From Vulcanimicrobiota bacterium (GTDB lineage: Bacteria > Vulcanimicrobiota > Vulcanimicrobiia > Vulcanimicrobiales > Vulcanimicrobiaceae), in the NCBI GenBank assembly GCA_963795855.1, contig CAWCIZ010000003.1, positions 992,001-1,056,000 on the forward strand: a stretch of DNA of 64,000 bases, read 5' to 3'. Shown here one piece after another: positions 31,235-43,294 of the stretch. The translations under genes were made by a program, and so were the position numbers. Position 1 is the first letter of the stretch, and every line of letters starts with the position of its first letter. The notes below the pieces were generated by a model that did not search any database, had not been told where the DNA came from, and worked only from the letters and a program-made list of their open reading frames with translations.

Positions 31235-32104
31235 ATGACAACGACGGAAAACGGTCTTCGCGCGGCTGATAGCCGGCAAACCCCATTCGGACGTGAAACC
31301 CGCGCGTTCGACGGCAAACGCGTTATCGACTACTCGAAAGACGGCCACGTCGCGGTCATCGAGATGAACGATCCGCCGGCAAACACGTACACGCACGAGA
31401 TGATGCGGCAGCTGGACGAGGCGATTCTCGACGCGCGTTTCGACCAGGACGTCGAAGTGCTCTTGATCACCGGCAAAGGCGAGAAATTCTTCTCCGCCGG
31501 TGCGAACATCGGCATGCTGAACAGCGTCACGCCGGAGTTCAAATACAACTTCTGCCTGCACGCGAACGAGACGCTCTCCCGCCTGGAGCAAACGCCGAAA
31601 CTGGTCATCGCGGCGCTCAACGGCCACTGCGTGGGCGGCGGTCTCGAGATCGCCATGGCTTGCGACATCCGCATCGCGCGGCAAGACGCCGGCAAGATCG
31701 GCCTGCCGGAAGTTGCTCTCGGCGTACTGCCCGGAACCGGCGGCACGCAGCGGCTGGCTCGTCTAGTCGGAAAATCGCGCGCTATCGAACTAATGTGCAC
31801 CGGCCGCACGTACAGTTTCGAACAGGCGCAGGAATGGGGCATCGTCAACGACGTTCTCGAGGGCGACGCCCAGAGTTTCCGCGATCAAGTGCTGACTTAC
31901 GCCAAGCAGTTCACGACGCCGAACAAGGCGCCGATGGCGATCGGCCACATCAAGCGCAGCGTCCAGACCGGCATGGAACTGCCGCTCAACGACGCTCTCG
32001 CGCTGGAGCGCGATCTCCAGTCGCTGCTCTTCAAGAGCGAAGACGCGAAAGAAGGCATTGCCGCTTACAACGAAAAGCGCATGGCCAAATTCAAGAACCG
32101 GTAG
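31235..32104 (+). CDS. Crotonase-family enzyme resembling the BoxC N-terminal domain
   Basis: FSAGANIGML, KYNFCLHANET, GGGLEIAMACD, LPEVALGVLPGTGG. Confidence 0.8.
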   Translation: MTTTENGLRAADSRQTPFGRETRAFDGKRVIDYSKDGHVAVIEMNDPPANTYTHEMMRQLDEAILDARFDQDVEVLLITGKGEKFFSAGANIGMLNSVTPEFKYNFCLHANETLSRLEQTPKLVIAALNGHCVGGGLEIAMACDIRIARQDAGKIGLPEVALGVLPGTGGTQRLARLVGKSRAIELMCTGRTYSFEQAQEWGIVNDVLEGDAQSFRDQVLTYAKQFTTPNKAPMAIGHIKRSVQTGMELPLNDALALERDLQSLLFKSEDAKEGIAAYNEKRMAKFKNR

Positions 32105-32138
32105 GGCAGCCGCGAACGCTTGGTCGAAAACCCGCCGC

Positions 32139-33870
32139 ATGTTCAGCATACGACGGGTTCTCGCTTGCGCCGCCCTAGCCGGCTTGATCGGTGCGGCGCC
32201 CGCGCCTTCGCCTGCGAAAAGCGCAGACGCGCAATTTCAAACGCTGGCGCACGACTTTTTCTACTGGGGCTTCAAAGAATCGCCGACGCAGGCAACTGCC
32301 GTCGGCGTTCATACATATGACGCGCAGCTCGACGACATGTCGCAAGCGGCGGTCGCGCGCCGGGATGCGACGATCAAATCCTATCTCGCAAAATTTGAGG
32401 CGATCGATCCGTCGGCGTTGACGCCGGACGACGCGCTCGATCGAACGCTCGTTATCGACGCAATCCGCGACCAGGTTCTCTCGACCGACACGCTTCAGGA
32501 TTGGAAGCACAACCCGGACATCTACACGGGGCTCGCCAGCGGTGCGCTCTTCCTACTGATCTCACGCGATTTCGCGCCGCTTCCGGTGCGCATGCGGGAC
32601 GCAATCGCCCGCGAACGCGCGATACCGGCGATGCTCGTCCGCGCGAAGGCAAACATCGTTTCGGTGGACGCGATGACGCAGCAAATCGCCGCCGAACAGG
32701 CACAAGGAAGCGTCGGTTTCTTCGCACAGACCATTCCGCAGGCGTTTGCGCCGGTGCATGACGCCGGACTGCAGGCTCAGTTGAAAACGGCGAATGCCGC
32801 CGCGATGGCGGCGCTGAAGAGCTACGCTTCGTGGATATCCGCCCTGAAACCGCGCGGCACGTTTGCTATCGGCAGTGACGCGTACGAGAAAAAGCTGCAA
32901 TACGAAGACGCGCTCTCCATGCCCGTGGCGCAGTACCTGTCGTACGGCGAAAAGGCTCTCGCGCAGACGCGCGCGCAATTCATCGCTACTGCAAAGCGAA
33001 TCGATGCGAAGCGGACGCCGCAGCAGGTATACGCTTCGCTTGCTAAGGACTATCCGCCGCCATCGCAGCTGATTGAGCAAAGCCACCAGCGATCTCACGC
33101 GGCTGCGCGCATTCGTGATCTCGCATCATATCGTGACGATGCCGTCGGACGCGAGCATCAAAGTTATTCCCACGCCGCCGTTCGAACGCGCGTTCATCAC
33201 CGCCGCGGAAGATTCGCCGGGCGCTCTCGAAACCGTCGCGACGCAGGCGTATTACTATGTGACGCCGCCGAACAACGCGTGGCCGGCCGCACGCACCGCG
33301 GGCTTCATGGCGCAATTCAACGACTATCAGTTCCCGATTATCTCGGCACACGAAGTGTATCCGGGGCACTTCACCAACTTCGCAATCGATCGGCATTTGA
33401 AACTCAGCCTCACGCGCAGACTGCTGAGCAGCTCGGAATTCGCGGAAGGCTGGGCGCATTACGGCGAGCAGATGATGGTCGATCAGGGTTGGGGCAACGG
33501 CGATCCGCACGTTCGGCTGGCGCAATTGGAAGAGGCGCTGCTGCGCGAGTGCCGGTACGTCGCCGGGGTGAAACTTCATACTGCCGGATGGAGCGTCAAA
33601 CAAGCGGAGCAGCTGTTCGAGAGTCAATGTTTCCAAACGCCTGCGGTGGCGCTGGAAGAATCGATGCGCGGAACGCAGGATCCGATGTACGGATATTACA
33701 CGCTGGGCAAATTGATGATCCTCAAATTGCGCGCGGACTACAAAAAGAAACTTGGCTCGGCGTTCACGCTCGAGAAATTCCACGACGCGTTCCTCGCGCA
33801 CGGCGATCCGCCGATTCCTTTGGTCCGCAGGATGATTCTCGGCAGCGCGGACGACGGCAGACCGCTCTAG
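32139..33870 (+). CDS. DUF885 family exported protein (frameshift near 33075)
   Basis: Signal peptide, HEVYPGH, FAEGWAHYGE, YTLGKLMI, FHDAFL. Confidence 0.88.
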
Positions 33871-33873
33871 AGC

Positions 33874-34119
33874 ATGAGCAAGTTCGAGACGTATCTGGCG
33901 CTGATCGCGGTCGTGCTGGCGAGTCTCTCGGTTGTGAGCATCGGCGGCCGGCCGCGGCCGGTGCTCGCGTTTGCGGCAATTGCGCTTCTCGCGTTCGTCG
34001 CGTATGCGCGCCTTCGCCGCCAATTGACTAGCGGCAGGAAACAACAGCGCACGTTCGATGCCTACGAGCGTGCGCTTCGTATTCAAGAGAAGCGGGACCG
34101 GAAGTACGGCGGCCGTTAA
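33874..34119 (+). CDS. Small two-TM hypothetical protein
   Basis: Two hydrophobic segments and a basic tail; starts 3 nt after DUF885. Confidence 0.6.
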   Translation: MSKFETYLALIAVVLASLSVVSIGGRPRPVLAFAAIALLAFVAYARLRRQLTSGRKQQRTFDAYERALRIQEKRDRKYGGR

Positions 34120-34129
34120 CGGCGCGCGC

Positions 34130-34600
34130 TTATCGCTTCGTGCACGTGTCTTTCCAATTCGCGGGCTTGCCGTTCATTACGCCGGAAAACGTGAGCGCGT
34201 ACCGCGTGAACGAAGCCCGGTCGAACGTCACGCCCAGCCCCGGTTTGGGATACTTCGTTCGAAACGCGATATGCGCGAGCCCGGTATCCGGAGCTTCAAG
34301 TACCGACGCGCTGCCGGTGGGTTCCACGTCGATCACGCGCCACACCCGATTCGTATACGACATCAGATCTTCGCTGGAGTAACCCTTCGAAGTGTTGACC
34401 GTTCGCAGCCACTTCCCCCCGATGGCATAGGAGTACGTTGCAGTATACGTGGTTTGCCCGCTGCCGGCGTTCGAGGTGCAGTTCCATGTGCCCACCAGAT
34501 AGCTCATCAACCGCAGCGGATCGGCGGCGCGGATCGGCGTGGCGCCGAGAAGCGTTGCCGCAAGGCCGCACGCAAAGGCGATTCTTAAAAGCGTTCGCAT
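34130..34600 (-). CDS. Hypothetical secreted beta-rich protein
   Basis: Signal peptide MRTLLRIAFAC; YLVGTWNC...DTCTKR with a probable disulfide. Confidence 0.65.
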   Translation of the reverse strand: MRTLLRIAFACGLAATLLGATPIRAADPLRLMSYLVGTWNCTSNAGSGQTTYTATYSYAIGGKWLRTVNTSKGYSSEDLMSYTNRVWRVIDVEPTGSASVLEAPDTGLAHIAFRTKYPKPGLGVTFDRASFTRYALTFSGVMNGKPANWKDTCTKR

Positions 34601-34634
34601 CAGAAGGATCCTCCTCACCGATTCGGTTCCCCGG

Positions 34635-36322
34635 TTATCGCCCGACGCCCTCGCGTTCCAGCATGATGCGGTAGATTTCTTCGACGCGGCCAATCGTATC
34701 GATTTCGGACGCCGGCTTGTCGTCCCGAACGCGAACGATGCGCGGAAAGCGCAACGAGAAGCCGCTTTCGTGCAGATCGCTGGGCTGAATGATGTCGAAC
34801 GCGACCTCGAGCACGATCTGCGGCTCGACCAGAATCGCGATGCCCGCGCGGCCGCGATTGTGATGCTCCAGAAACCATTGCGTCAGCTCCGCGATCTCCG
34901 CGTCGGTCAAGCCGGAGTACGCCTTGCCGATCGTCAGCAATTCGCCGTCGTCGCCGCGCACGGCGAACGTGTAATCCGACAGCACTTTCGCGCGTTTTCC
35001 GTGTCCCCATTCGACGGCAACGACGACGACGTCGAGCGTCGACAAGTTCGCGTTTGAGTTTGAGCCACCATTTTCCGCGGCGGCCGGGATGATACGCCGC
35101 GTCCGTGCGTTTGAGCATGAGTCCCTCGTGTCCGGCGGCGCGCGCGGCTTCGAAATGCTCGTGCAGATCGTCCGGCGATGGCGGTTCCCCAAGCCGCTCG
35201 AATCGCGCCACCGAGACGCGATCGCGCGGATGACGATTTCCGCCAGCCGTTCGCCGCCGTTCGATCAGCGGCTCGATCGATCAGAAAATCGTCACCGGCG
35301 GCGAGCATGTCGAAAGCCATGTACGCTACCGGGATGTCGCTGAGCAGTGTGCGCATCGACGGCCTTTCGCTGCAAGCCGCGCCTGCAGATAGCGAAACGG
35401 CAGCACCTGCGCGCCTCGCGCTTCGCCACGATCTCGCCGTCGAGCATGAACTCGCCGGGCATCGCCGCAACGGCTGCCGCAATTTCAGGATAGGATCGCG
35501 TCACGTCGTTGAGCGTGCGCGAAAAGATGCGCACGCCATCGCGCGTCTTATGAATTTGCGCGCGGATGCCGTCGAATTTTTCTTCGGCGATCCAGACGGC
35601 TTCGCGCAAATCCTTGTAATCCGATCCGTACTGCAATCGGCGTTGCGAGCATGAACCCGATCGGCGAGCCGTAGGCGACGCGCAATGTCGGCGAGCTCGC
35701 CGCGCTCGCGCCGCAAGCGCCACGGCGCCGATGTCTCCCGCGGCCATCGTGGCGCGGCGTACCGTCGTGATGCGATCGCATCGAATGCGGCAGCGACTGC
35801 GTCGATGATAAGCCCTTCCCGCAGGCCGATGCGCAGATCGCCCGGTCATGATCTTGATGACGTACGTGGCCTCGACCGCGATCGGTGCATGCGCGCAAAA
35901 TCCGCTCGCAGATCGCCTCGCGCTTTCTGCCGGCGGCTTTCCCGGCGGATGCGGCAATCTGCTTCGAAACGCGCATACAGCCACGCGGGCGTGAGGACAT
36001 CGGTAAATAGCGCGAGGTGCATCGGCGGCACGCACGAACGGCCCCAGCGCCGCGCCCAGATCTCCGTGTTCGCGGTACGCCGCGGCAAGCTGACCTTCAG
36101 CCACGCCCCATGCGTCTTTTGCCGCCTGAACGATCGTCCGCCATCCGATGCCCAGACTGCGTTCGTCACGCGCGGCAAACGGATTGCCGGTAAAAAAACG
36201 CGCGGCCAGCGCGAAGATCGCCGTCGGACAAGTCGCGCAAATACTCGGCGAGAATCGCGATCTTTTCGAGCTTTCCCGGCCTTGGCCGCGATCGCCGCGC
36301 AGGTCTGCCCGAACCGGATCAT
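34635..36322 (-). CDS. ATP-dependent DNA ligase (multiple frameshifts)
   Basis: EEKFDGIRAQ, MLDGEI, AFDML, EGLMLK, WLKLK, GKAYSGLTD, LRFPRI. Confidence 0.9.
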
Positions 36323-36337
36323 GGAATGGACTTACCC

Positions 36338-36615
36338 ATGGTCACGGCATTTATTCTCATCAACGTCGAGCGCCCGCGCCTGAAAAGCATCGCGGACGAT
36401 CTGTTGGCCATCGAGGGCATTGCCGAAGTGTACAGCGTCGCGGGTCCTTTCGACATCATCGCGATCGTGCGCGTCAAAGAGCACGAACAGCTCAGCGATC
36501 TCGTGACCGAAGAAATCGGCGTACTCACGGCATCAACGATACGGAAACGCTCATTGCGTTCCGATCGTTTTCGAAGAAAGATCTCGGGCTGCTCTGGGAC
36601 ATCGGCGTGGACTAA
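36338..36615 (+). CDS. Lrp/AsnC ligand-binding-domain protein (frameshift near 36525)
   Basis: MVTAFILIN, EVYSVAGPFDIIAIV, TETLIAF. Confidence 0.85.
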
Positions 36616-36623
36616 CAGCAGCG

Positions 36624-37663
36624 TCAGAAGAGCGCGAGCTGCTGCGTGCTCTTCCAAGTACTCCGCGTTTACGCCCAACGTGCGCAAGCGGTAAACGAAA
36701 TCGCGCCGGCCGTGGTTGAGCAGAACTTTCTTCGGCTGCGCCAGTTCGATGTACCGCAATAGAGCCGGATAATCGGCGTGATCCGAAAGCGCAAACCCGC
36801 GGTCGACGCCGTAACGGAACGGTGCGCTGCGGTCCAGCGTCCACCCGGTGAGTATCGCGGTTCGCACGGCTTTGCCGCGCAGCGCTTTCGGCATGCGTCC
36901 GCCGGGCGGCCACACGACCGCGCTGTTCCCGTCGAAGTGCCCGGCGTCGTAGCGCGTGTACGCCGGCAGCGTAACGCCGCACGCGTCGATAGACGTCGCA
37001 GATGGTTTCGACGGCGCCGTGCACGGTGACGGCAAACCCGGCGTTTCCGAGAATCGCCACCGCTTCTTGCGCCTTGCCGAGCGAGTACGCGAAGAATACC
37101 GGAACCGCTGCGCATTCGAGCGCGTCGCGCGCGAACGCCGCCATTTCTGCTGCGACTTCTTCGCGCGGCGGAAACGCATAGTGCGGACGCCCGTACGTGC
37201 ATTCCATCAACAGCACGTCGCAGCGCTTGACTTCGGGCGGCTCCGCGGTCAGGCACGGGTCGAGTTTGAAGTCGCCCGTGTAAACGAAGCGTCCCGCTTC
37301 GCCTTCGATGAGCAGCTGCGAGCTTCCGAGAACGTGACCGGCCGAAAAAAGCGTGAGTCGGTGTCCGCCGTCGCTCCACGGCTCGTTGAATGCGTGCTCT
37401 TCGAATTCCACGGGCGGCCGCGGCGGCTTCGACCGGTTCCAGCAATGAGGTTTGCCCCCACGCGCTTTCGCGCCGCGCGAAGCGCGCGCGGCAGATGTGC
37501 GCGGTGTTCGGCGTGGTGACGACCGTCGCGTGCTCGCGCGCATGATCCGAATGGCCGTGCGAGACATAGCAGCGATCGCGCGAGCGCATCGAGTCGATCC
37601 ACAAGATCGCAGCGCTTCAACGTAGAGCGATTTTTCGGTCAGCGGAAAACACGGTTCGAGCAT
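36624..37663 (-). CDS. MBL-fold beta-CASP-like exonuclease, ligase-associated type (frameshifted)
   Basis: SHGHSDH, AGHVLGS, YTGDFK, MECTYG, YSLGKAQE, LSDHADY, NHG. Confidence 0.88.
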
Positions 37664-37769
37664 CAGGTTCGGGCGGTTCAAAAGCGCAGCCTCCGCCGCG
37701 TGCAGCCTTTACGCGGGCTTTTCGGTTATGATGGGCACTACGTCTATACGCCCGTTCGAGGACATCTGT

Positions 37770-38738
37770 ATGGCACGCATCTATCGAGAATCTGGCCGAC
37801 ACGTTCGGCAATACGCCGCTGGTGAAGCTGAACGCGCATGGCCAAGGGCTTGCCCGGCACGGTCGCCGTGAAGATGGAGTCGTTCAATCCCGCCGGCTCG
37901 GTCAAGGACCGCATCGGCGTTTCGATGATCGAGGCTGCCGAGCGCGACGGCACGCCTGCGGCCCGACAGCGTCATCGTCGAACCGACGAGCGGCAACACC
38001 GGGCATCGCGCTGGCGTTCGTCGCTGCGGCCAAAGGCTATCCGGTGATTTTGATCATGCCGGATACGATGACCGATCGAGCGGCGCAACCTGCTCAAAGC
38101 CTACGGCGCGCAAGTCATCCTCACGCCGGGCGCCGAGGGCATGAAGGCGGCGATCGCCAAAGCCAACGAGATCGTGCAAAGCAACCCCGCGAAGTATTTC
38201 ATGCCGCAGCAATTCGAGAATCCGGCGAACCCGGAGATTCACCGCCGCACGACCGCCGAGGAGATTTGGCGCGACACGGACGGCGCGATCGACATTTTCG
38301 TCGCTGCGGTCGGTACCGGCGGCACGATGACGGGCGTCGGAGAAGTGCTCAAGGGACGCAAGCCCGGCGTGCAGATTATCGCCGTCGAGCCGGATGCATC
38401 GCCGGTGCTCTCCGGCGGCCAGCCGGGCCCGCACAAGATCCAAGGAACCGGCACGGGCTTCGTTCCGAAGGTGCTCAACACGGAGATCTACGACGAAGTC
38501 TTGCGCGTTACCGACGCCGACGCGATCGCAACGGCGCGGCGCGCGGCGCGTGAGGAGGGCATGCTGGTCGGCATATCGTCGGGAGCGAACATTTGGGCGG
38601 CGTTGCAAGTGGCGGCGCGCCCCGAGTCGAAAGGCAAGCTGCATCGTGACGATCGGATGCGACACCGGCGAACGGTATCTCTCCAATCCCGTCTTCGCCG
38701 AACAGGAAGCGAATATTGTCGAAGCGGCCCTCGTATAG
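37770..38738 (+). CDS. cysK: Cysteine synthase A (frameshifted)
   Basis: [40 protein letters not shown]. Confidence 0.93.
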
Positions 38739-39781
38739 CACTGTGTAGCGGCGAACCTCTGTAGAGTCACGCGCGGCGGTATGGTGGAGTCGTTCCACCA
38801 TGTCGCCGCTTGCGCGGTGGACGCCCAGCGCAACGTCGTTTTCGCCGCCGGCGATCTCGACGTGCCGGTGTTTTTGCGTTCTACCGCCAAGCCGTTCATC
38901 GCCGCGGCGGCCATTGCCGCCGGCGCGCGCGAGCGGTTCGGCCTGGAGCCGCACGAAATCGCGGTGATGTCGGCATCGCACACCGGCACAAACGTTTCAC
39001 GTTGACGCCGTTCGATCGATTCTCCGGAAAATCGGCATGGATGAAAGCGCGCTTCAATGCGGCGTCGCATCCGCCGTACAACGCGCAGGCCGCGGACGCG
39101 ACTTGCGCGATGCCGGCATTGCTCCCAGCGCCGTGCACAACAACTGCTCCGGCAAACACGCGGGAATACTCGGCGCTGTGCAAACTGCTTGGAGCCGATC
39201 CGTCGACGTATCTGGAACCGGGAAACCCCGCGCAACGGCGGATTCTCGACTTGTGCGCGCGCCTTTCGGACGATGCGCGTCGAGGATTTTCCGATCGGCG
39301 TCGACGGCTGCGGCATTCCGGTCTACGCCGCGCCGCTGCGAAATGCGGCGCTGTCGTTTATGCGGTTCGCGACGCTCGACGCCATCGACGAGCGCGATGC
39401 CGCAGGCGCTGCTCGTCGTTCGCGACGCCATGACTGCGCATCCGGAATACGTTTCCGGAACGGGCGAGTTCGACACGCGGCTGATGCAGAGCGCGCGGAC
39501 GGGCGATTGCGTGCAAGAGCGGGCGCTGAAGGCGTTCACGGCAGCGCATTTATCGCCGCGGGCGTGGGCTTGGTTTGCAAAGTCGTGGACGGCGCCTCGC
39601 GCGGCGCGCGCTCCTGCAGTGCTCGCGGCGATACGCGCTATGGGGCTCATGGAGCCGTCGGCATATGACCGAAATTGCCGACTTGGAGCGGCCGGTCGTG
39701 TATAATCGAGCGGGGCGCGCCGTCGGCGAGGTCGCGCGCCTCGAGTACCGTCGCCGTCGAAAAAGCGAGTACACGATCTAA
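38735..39781 (+). CDS. L-asparaginase II (Rhizobium-type) family protein (frameshifted; ends approximate)
   Basis: [29 protein letters not shown], KxGAEGV, KVVDG. Confidence 0.82.
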
Positions 39782-39782
39782 A

Positions 39783-42700
39783 GTGTCTACTATCTGCAAC
39801 TGTTGCGCGAGCGCGTGCTCGTGTTTGACGGCGCCATGGGCACGCAGCTCATGGCGCTCGAATTGACCGCCGAAGATTTCGGCGGAGCGCAAGTATCACG
39901 GCTGTAACGAAGCGCTGGTTCTGACGCGTCCGGACGTCGATTCGCAGCATCCACGAATCGTATCTGGACGCCGGAGCGGACGTCGTCGAAACGGACACGT
40001 TCACCGCGTCGCGGCTGAAACTCGACGAATACGGCCTGGGCGACCGCGTCGCCGACGTCAATCGCGATGCAGCGCGCCTTGCGCGCGCGGCGTGCGATGC
40101 GTATTCAGCACGCCGCAGCGCCCGCGCTTCGTTGCCGGATCCATGGGACCGACGGGAATGCTGATTTCGTCGTCGGATCCGGTGCTTGTCGAAGACGACG
40201 TTCGAGGAACTCGCCGGCATCTACGGCGAGCAGGCGCGCTACCTGGTCGAAGGCGGCGTCGATCTGCTGCTGCTCGAGACGATGCAGGATCTGCTCGAAC
40301 TCAAAGCCGCGATCGCCGGCATCGTTCGCGAGTTCGCACAACGGCATGCGCCGCGTGCCGATTCAAGCGCAGCCGACGCTCATCACCGAAGGCCGCATGC
40401 TGCTGGGCACCGATATTCGCGCGATCTGCGCAACGCTCGGTGCGCTGCCGGTCGACGTCATCGGGTTGAACTGCTCGACCGGACCCGTCGCAAATGCGCG
40501 ACTCCGTTCGCTATCTCGGTGAAACATCCGACCGCTACATCAGCGTCATTCCAAACGCCGGCCTGCCGATCATGGGTCCGAAAGGCGAAACGATCTATCC
40601 GGAAACGCCCGACGAACTCGCGGCGGAACTGCCGCGATTTCGTACGTGAATTCGGCGTCAATGCGGTCGGCGGATGTTGCGGAACGACGCCGGCGCACAT
40701 CACCGCGATCGCAAATGCCGTGTCGAGCCTCGCGAAAGAGGGCGTGAAAGGACGCGTCGCCAGACGAAAAGCCGGCGCAATTCGTCGCCTCGGCGATGAC
40801 GGCCGTAGCCCTCGAACAAGAACCGCGTCCGCTGCTGGTCGGCGAACGCATCAACGCGCAGGGTTCGCGCAAACTCAAGCGGCTGCTGCTCGAAGACGCG
40901 TACGACGATATCGCCGTCCTCGCGCGCAATCAGGTCGAAGGCGGCGCGCACGTACTCGATGTGTGCTGTGCGCTTACCGAACGGGCGGATGAAGACGAGC
41001 AGATGCGCACCGTCGTGCGAAAGCTCGCGCAGTCGGTCGAATCGCCGTTGATGATCGACTCCACCGAACCGCGCGTGATAAAAGCCGCGCTCGAGAATTA
41101 TCCGGGGCGCGCGATCGTCAACTCGGTGCATCTCGAAAGCGGCCGGGCGAAGATCGATTCGATTCTTCCGATGGTCAAAGAGCACGGCGCGGCGGTCGTG
41201 GCGCTCACGATCGACGAAACCGGAATGGCGAAGACCGCGCAGCGCAAGCGCGAAGTCGCGCAGCGCATTTACGACATCGTCGTCGGCGAATACGGCCTCC
41301 CGCCCGGCGCGCTGATTTTCGACGATCTGACGTTTACGCTTGCAACCGGCGATGCGGAATATATCGATTCGGCGGTCGAAACGATCGAGGGCATACGCGC
41401 GATCAAAACGGCCATGCCGGGCGTGCTCACCTCGCTCGGCGTGAGCAACGTCTCTTTCGGTCTCAAACCTCACGCGCGTGCGGCGTTGAATTCCGTGTTT
41501 CTGCATCATTGCGTCGAGGCCGGGCTCGACCTTGCGCTCGTGCATCCCAAAGAGATCACGCCGTACGCGGAACTGGACGGCGCGCAGCGCGAACTCTGCG
41601 ACGATTTCGTCTTCAACCGCCGGCCGGATGCGCTGCCGCGATTCATCGAGCACTACGAATCCGATACCGCCGCCTCGAACGCGGCGAAGGCAAGCGGTCA
41701 GCCGAAGGACGACGATGCCGCAGCTCCGCCGGAAGTTCGCATTCATAATGCGATTTTGCGCCGCCGCAAAGACGGCATCGAAGAGAAGATCGACGAAGCT
41801 TTGCAAACGCGCGATGCGGTCGGCGTGCTCAACGAGATTCTGCTTCCGGCGATGAAGGAAGTCGGCGACAAGTTCGGTGCGGGCGAACTCATTCTGCCTT
41901 TCGTGCTGCAGTCGGCGGAAGTGATGAAGAAGGCGGTCGCGCACCTCGAGCAATTCCTCGAAAAGAAAGAAGGCGCGAGCAAAGGCAAAGTCGTGCTCGC
42001 GACGGTTTTCGGCGACGTGCACGACATCGGCAAGAATCTGGTCGGCACGATTCTCTCCAACAACGGCTACACCGTGTTCGATCTCGGCAAGCAAGTGCCG
42101 ATGAACACCATTTTGGAAAAGGCCGTCGACGTGCAAGCCGACGCAATCGGGCTTTCGGCGCTGCTCGTTTCCACCAGCAAACAGATGCCGGTCTGCGTGC
42201 ACGAACAGGACGTCGCGCGGTCTGAAGTTTCCCGTCCTGGTGGGAGGCGCCGCAATCAACCGCGACTTCGGACGCCGCATCTCGCTTCTGGACGAGGGCA
42301 AGCGGTTTTTCGAACCGGGTTTATTCTATGCGAAGGACGCATTCGAGGGATTGCAGATCATGGAGTCGCTCGGCGACCCGCGCAACCGCGAAGCCTTGCT
42401 CGAACGCTCCAAGAGCGAAGCCTTTGCGCTGCGAGATCGCCAGCGCGCGGCCGTTCCCAGCGCAAACGGCGAGATTGTGTACTCCGCGGTGAAAAGCGAG
42501 ACCGCGCCGATACCCAAGCCGCCGTTTTGGGGCACGCGCGTCGTCAAGGACGTCGATTACGCCACGCTGTGGTCGTGTTTCGATTTGCGAAGCCTCTACC
42601 GGCTTTCCTGGGGCGCGGCGAATACGAAGGGCGAGGCGTTCGAAAATCTCGTGCGCGACGATTTCGAACCGCGACGGCATCGGTACGAAAAACTCGCCCT

Positions 42701-43294
42701 CGAAGAAGGCTTGCTCGAACCGCGATTCGTCTACGGGTACTTTCCGGCGGGCGGCAGCGGAAACGACGTCGTCGTCTACGATCCGCCAGGATGCCTCGAA
42801 AGAAATTGCGCGCTTCACGTTCGTGCGGCAGGCGGGCGGTGAACATCTTTCTCTTGCCGACTACGTGCGCGAACCGGAAAACGGGCGCGGCGTGGATGTC
42901 GTTGCGCTGCAAGTCGTCACGATGGGAACGCGGGCATCCGAGCGGACGGAAAAGCTGCAGCGAGAAGGCTGAATACAGCGAATCGTATTTCTTGCACGGC
43001 TTCTCCGTGCAAAGCGCGGAAGCGCTCGCGGAATACTCGCATCGGCTGATTCGTAAGGAACTCGGCTTGGAAGAAGAGCGCGGAAAGCGTTATTCGTGGG
43101 GCTACGGCGCGTGCCCGGACTTATCGCAGCACGAAACCGCGTTCAGGCTGCTCGACGCGACCAGCGCGATCGGCGTGGCGCTCACGGAAGCGTTCCAAAT
43201 CGTACCCGAGCAGTCCACCGCGGCAATCGTGCTGCATCATCCGAAGGCCGCCTACTTCAACGCGGCCGCAACGCGGGAACTTACGACGGCGTAG
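39783..43294 (+). CDS. metH: Cobalamin-dependent methionine synthase (frameshifted)
   Basis: DGAMGT, GSMGP, LNCSTGP, GGCCGTTP, GERINAQGS, GDVHDIGKN, RYSWGYGACPD, PEQSTAA. Confidence 0.93.

Noticed and set aside
37645..37685. GAAC/GTTC half-sites near the exonuclease start as a second SOS box
   Set aside because: Spacing and orientation do not give GAAC-N4-GTTC, and they lie partly inside the coding region.
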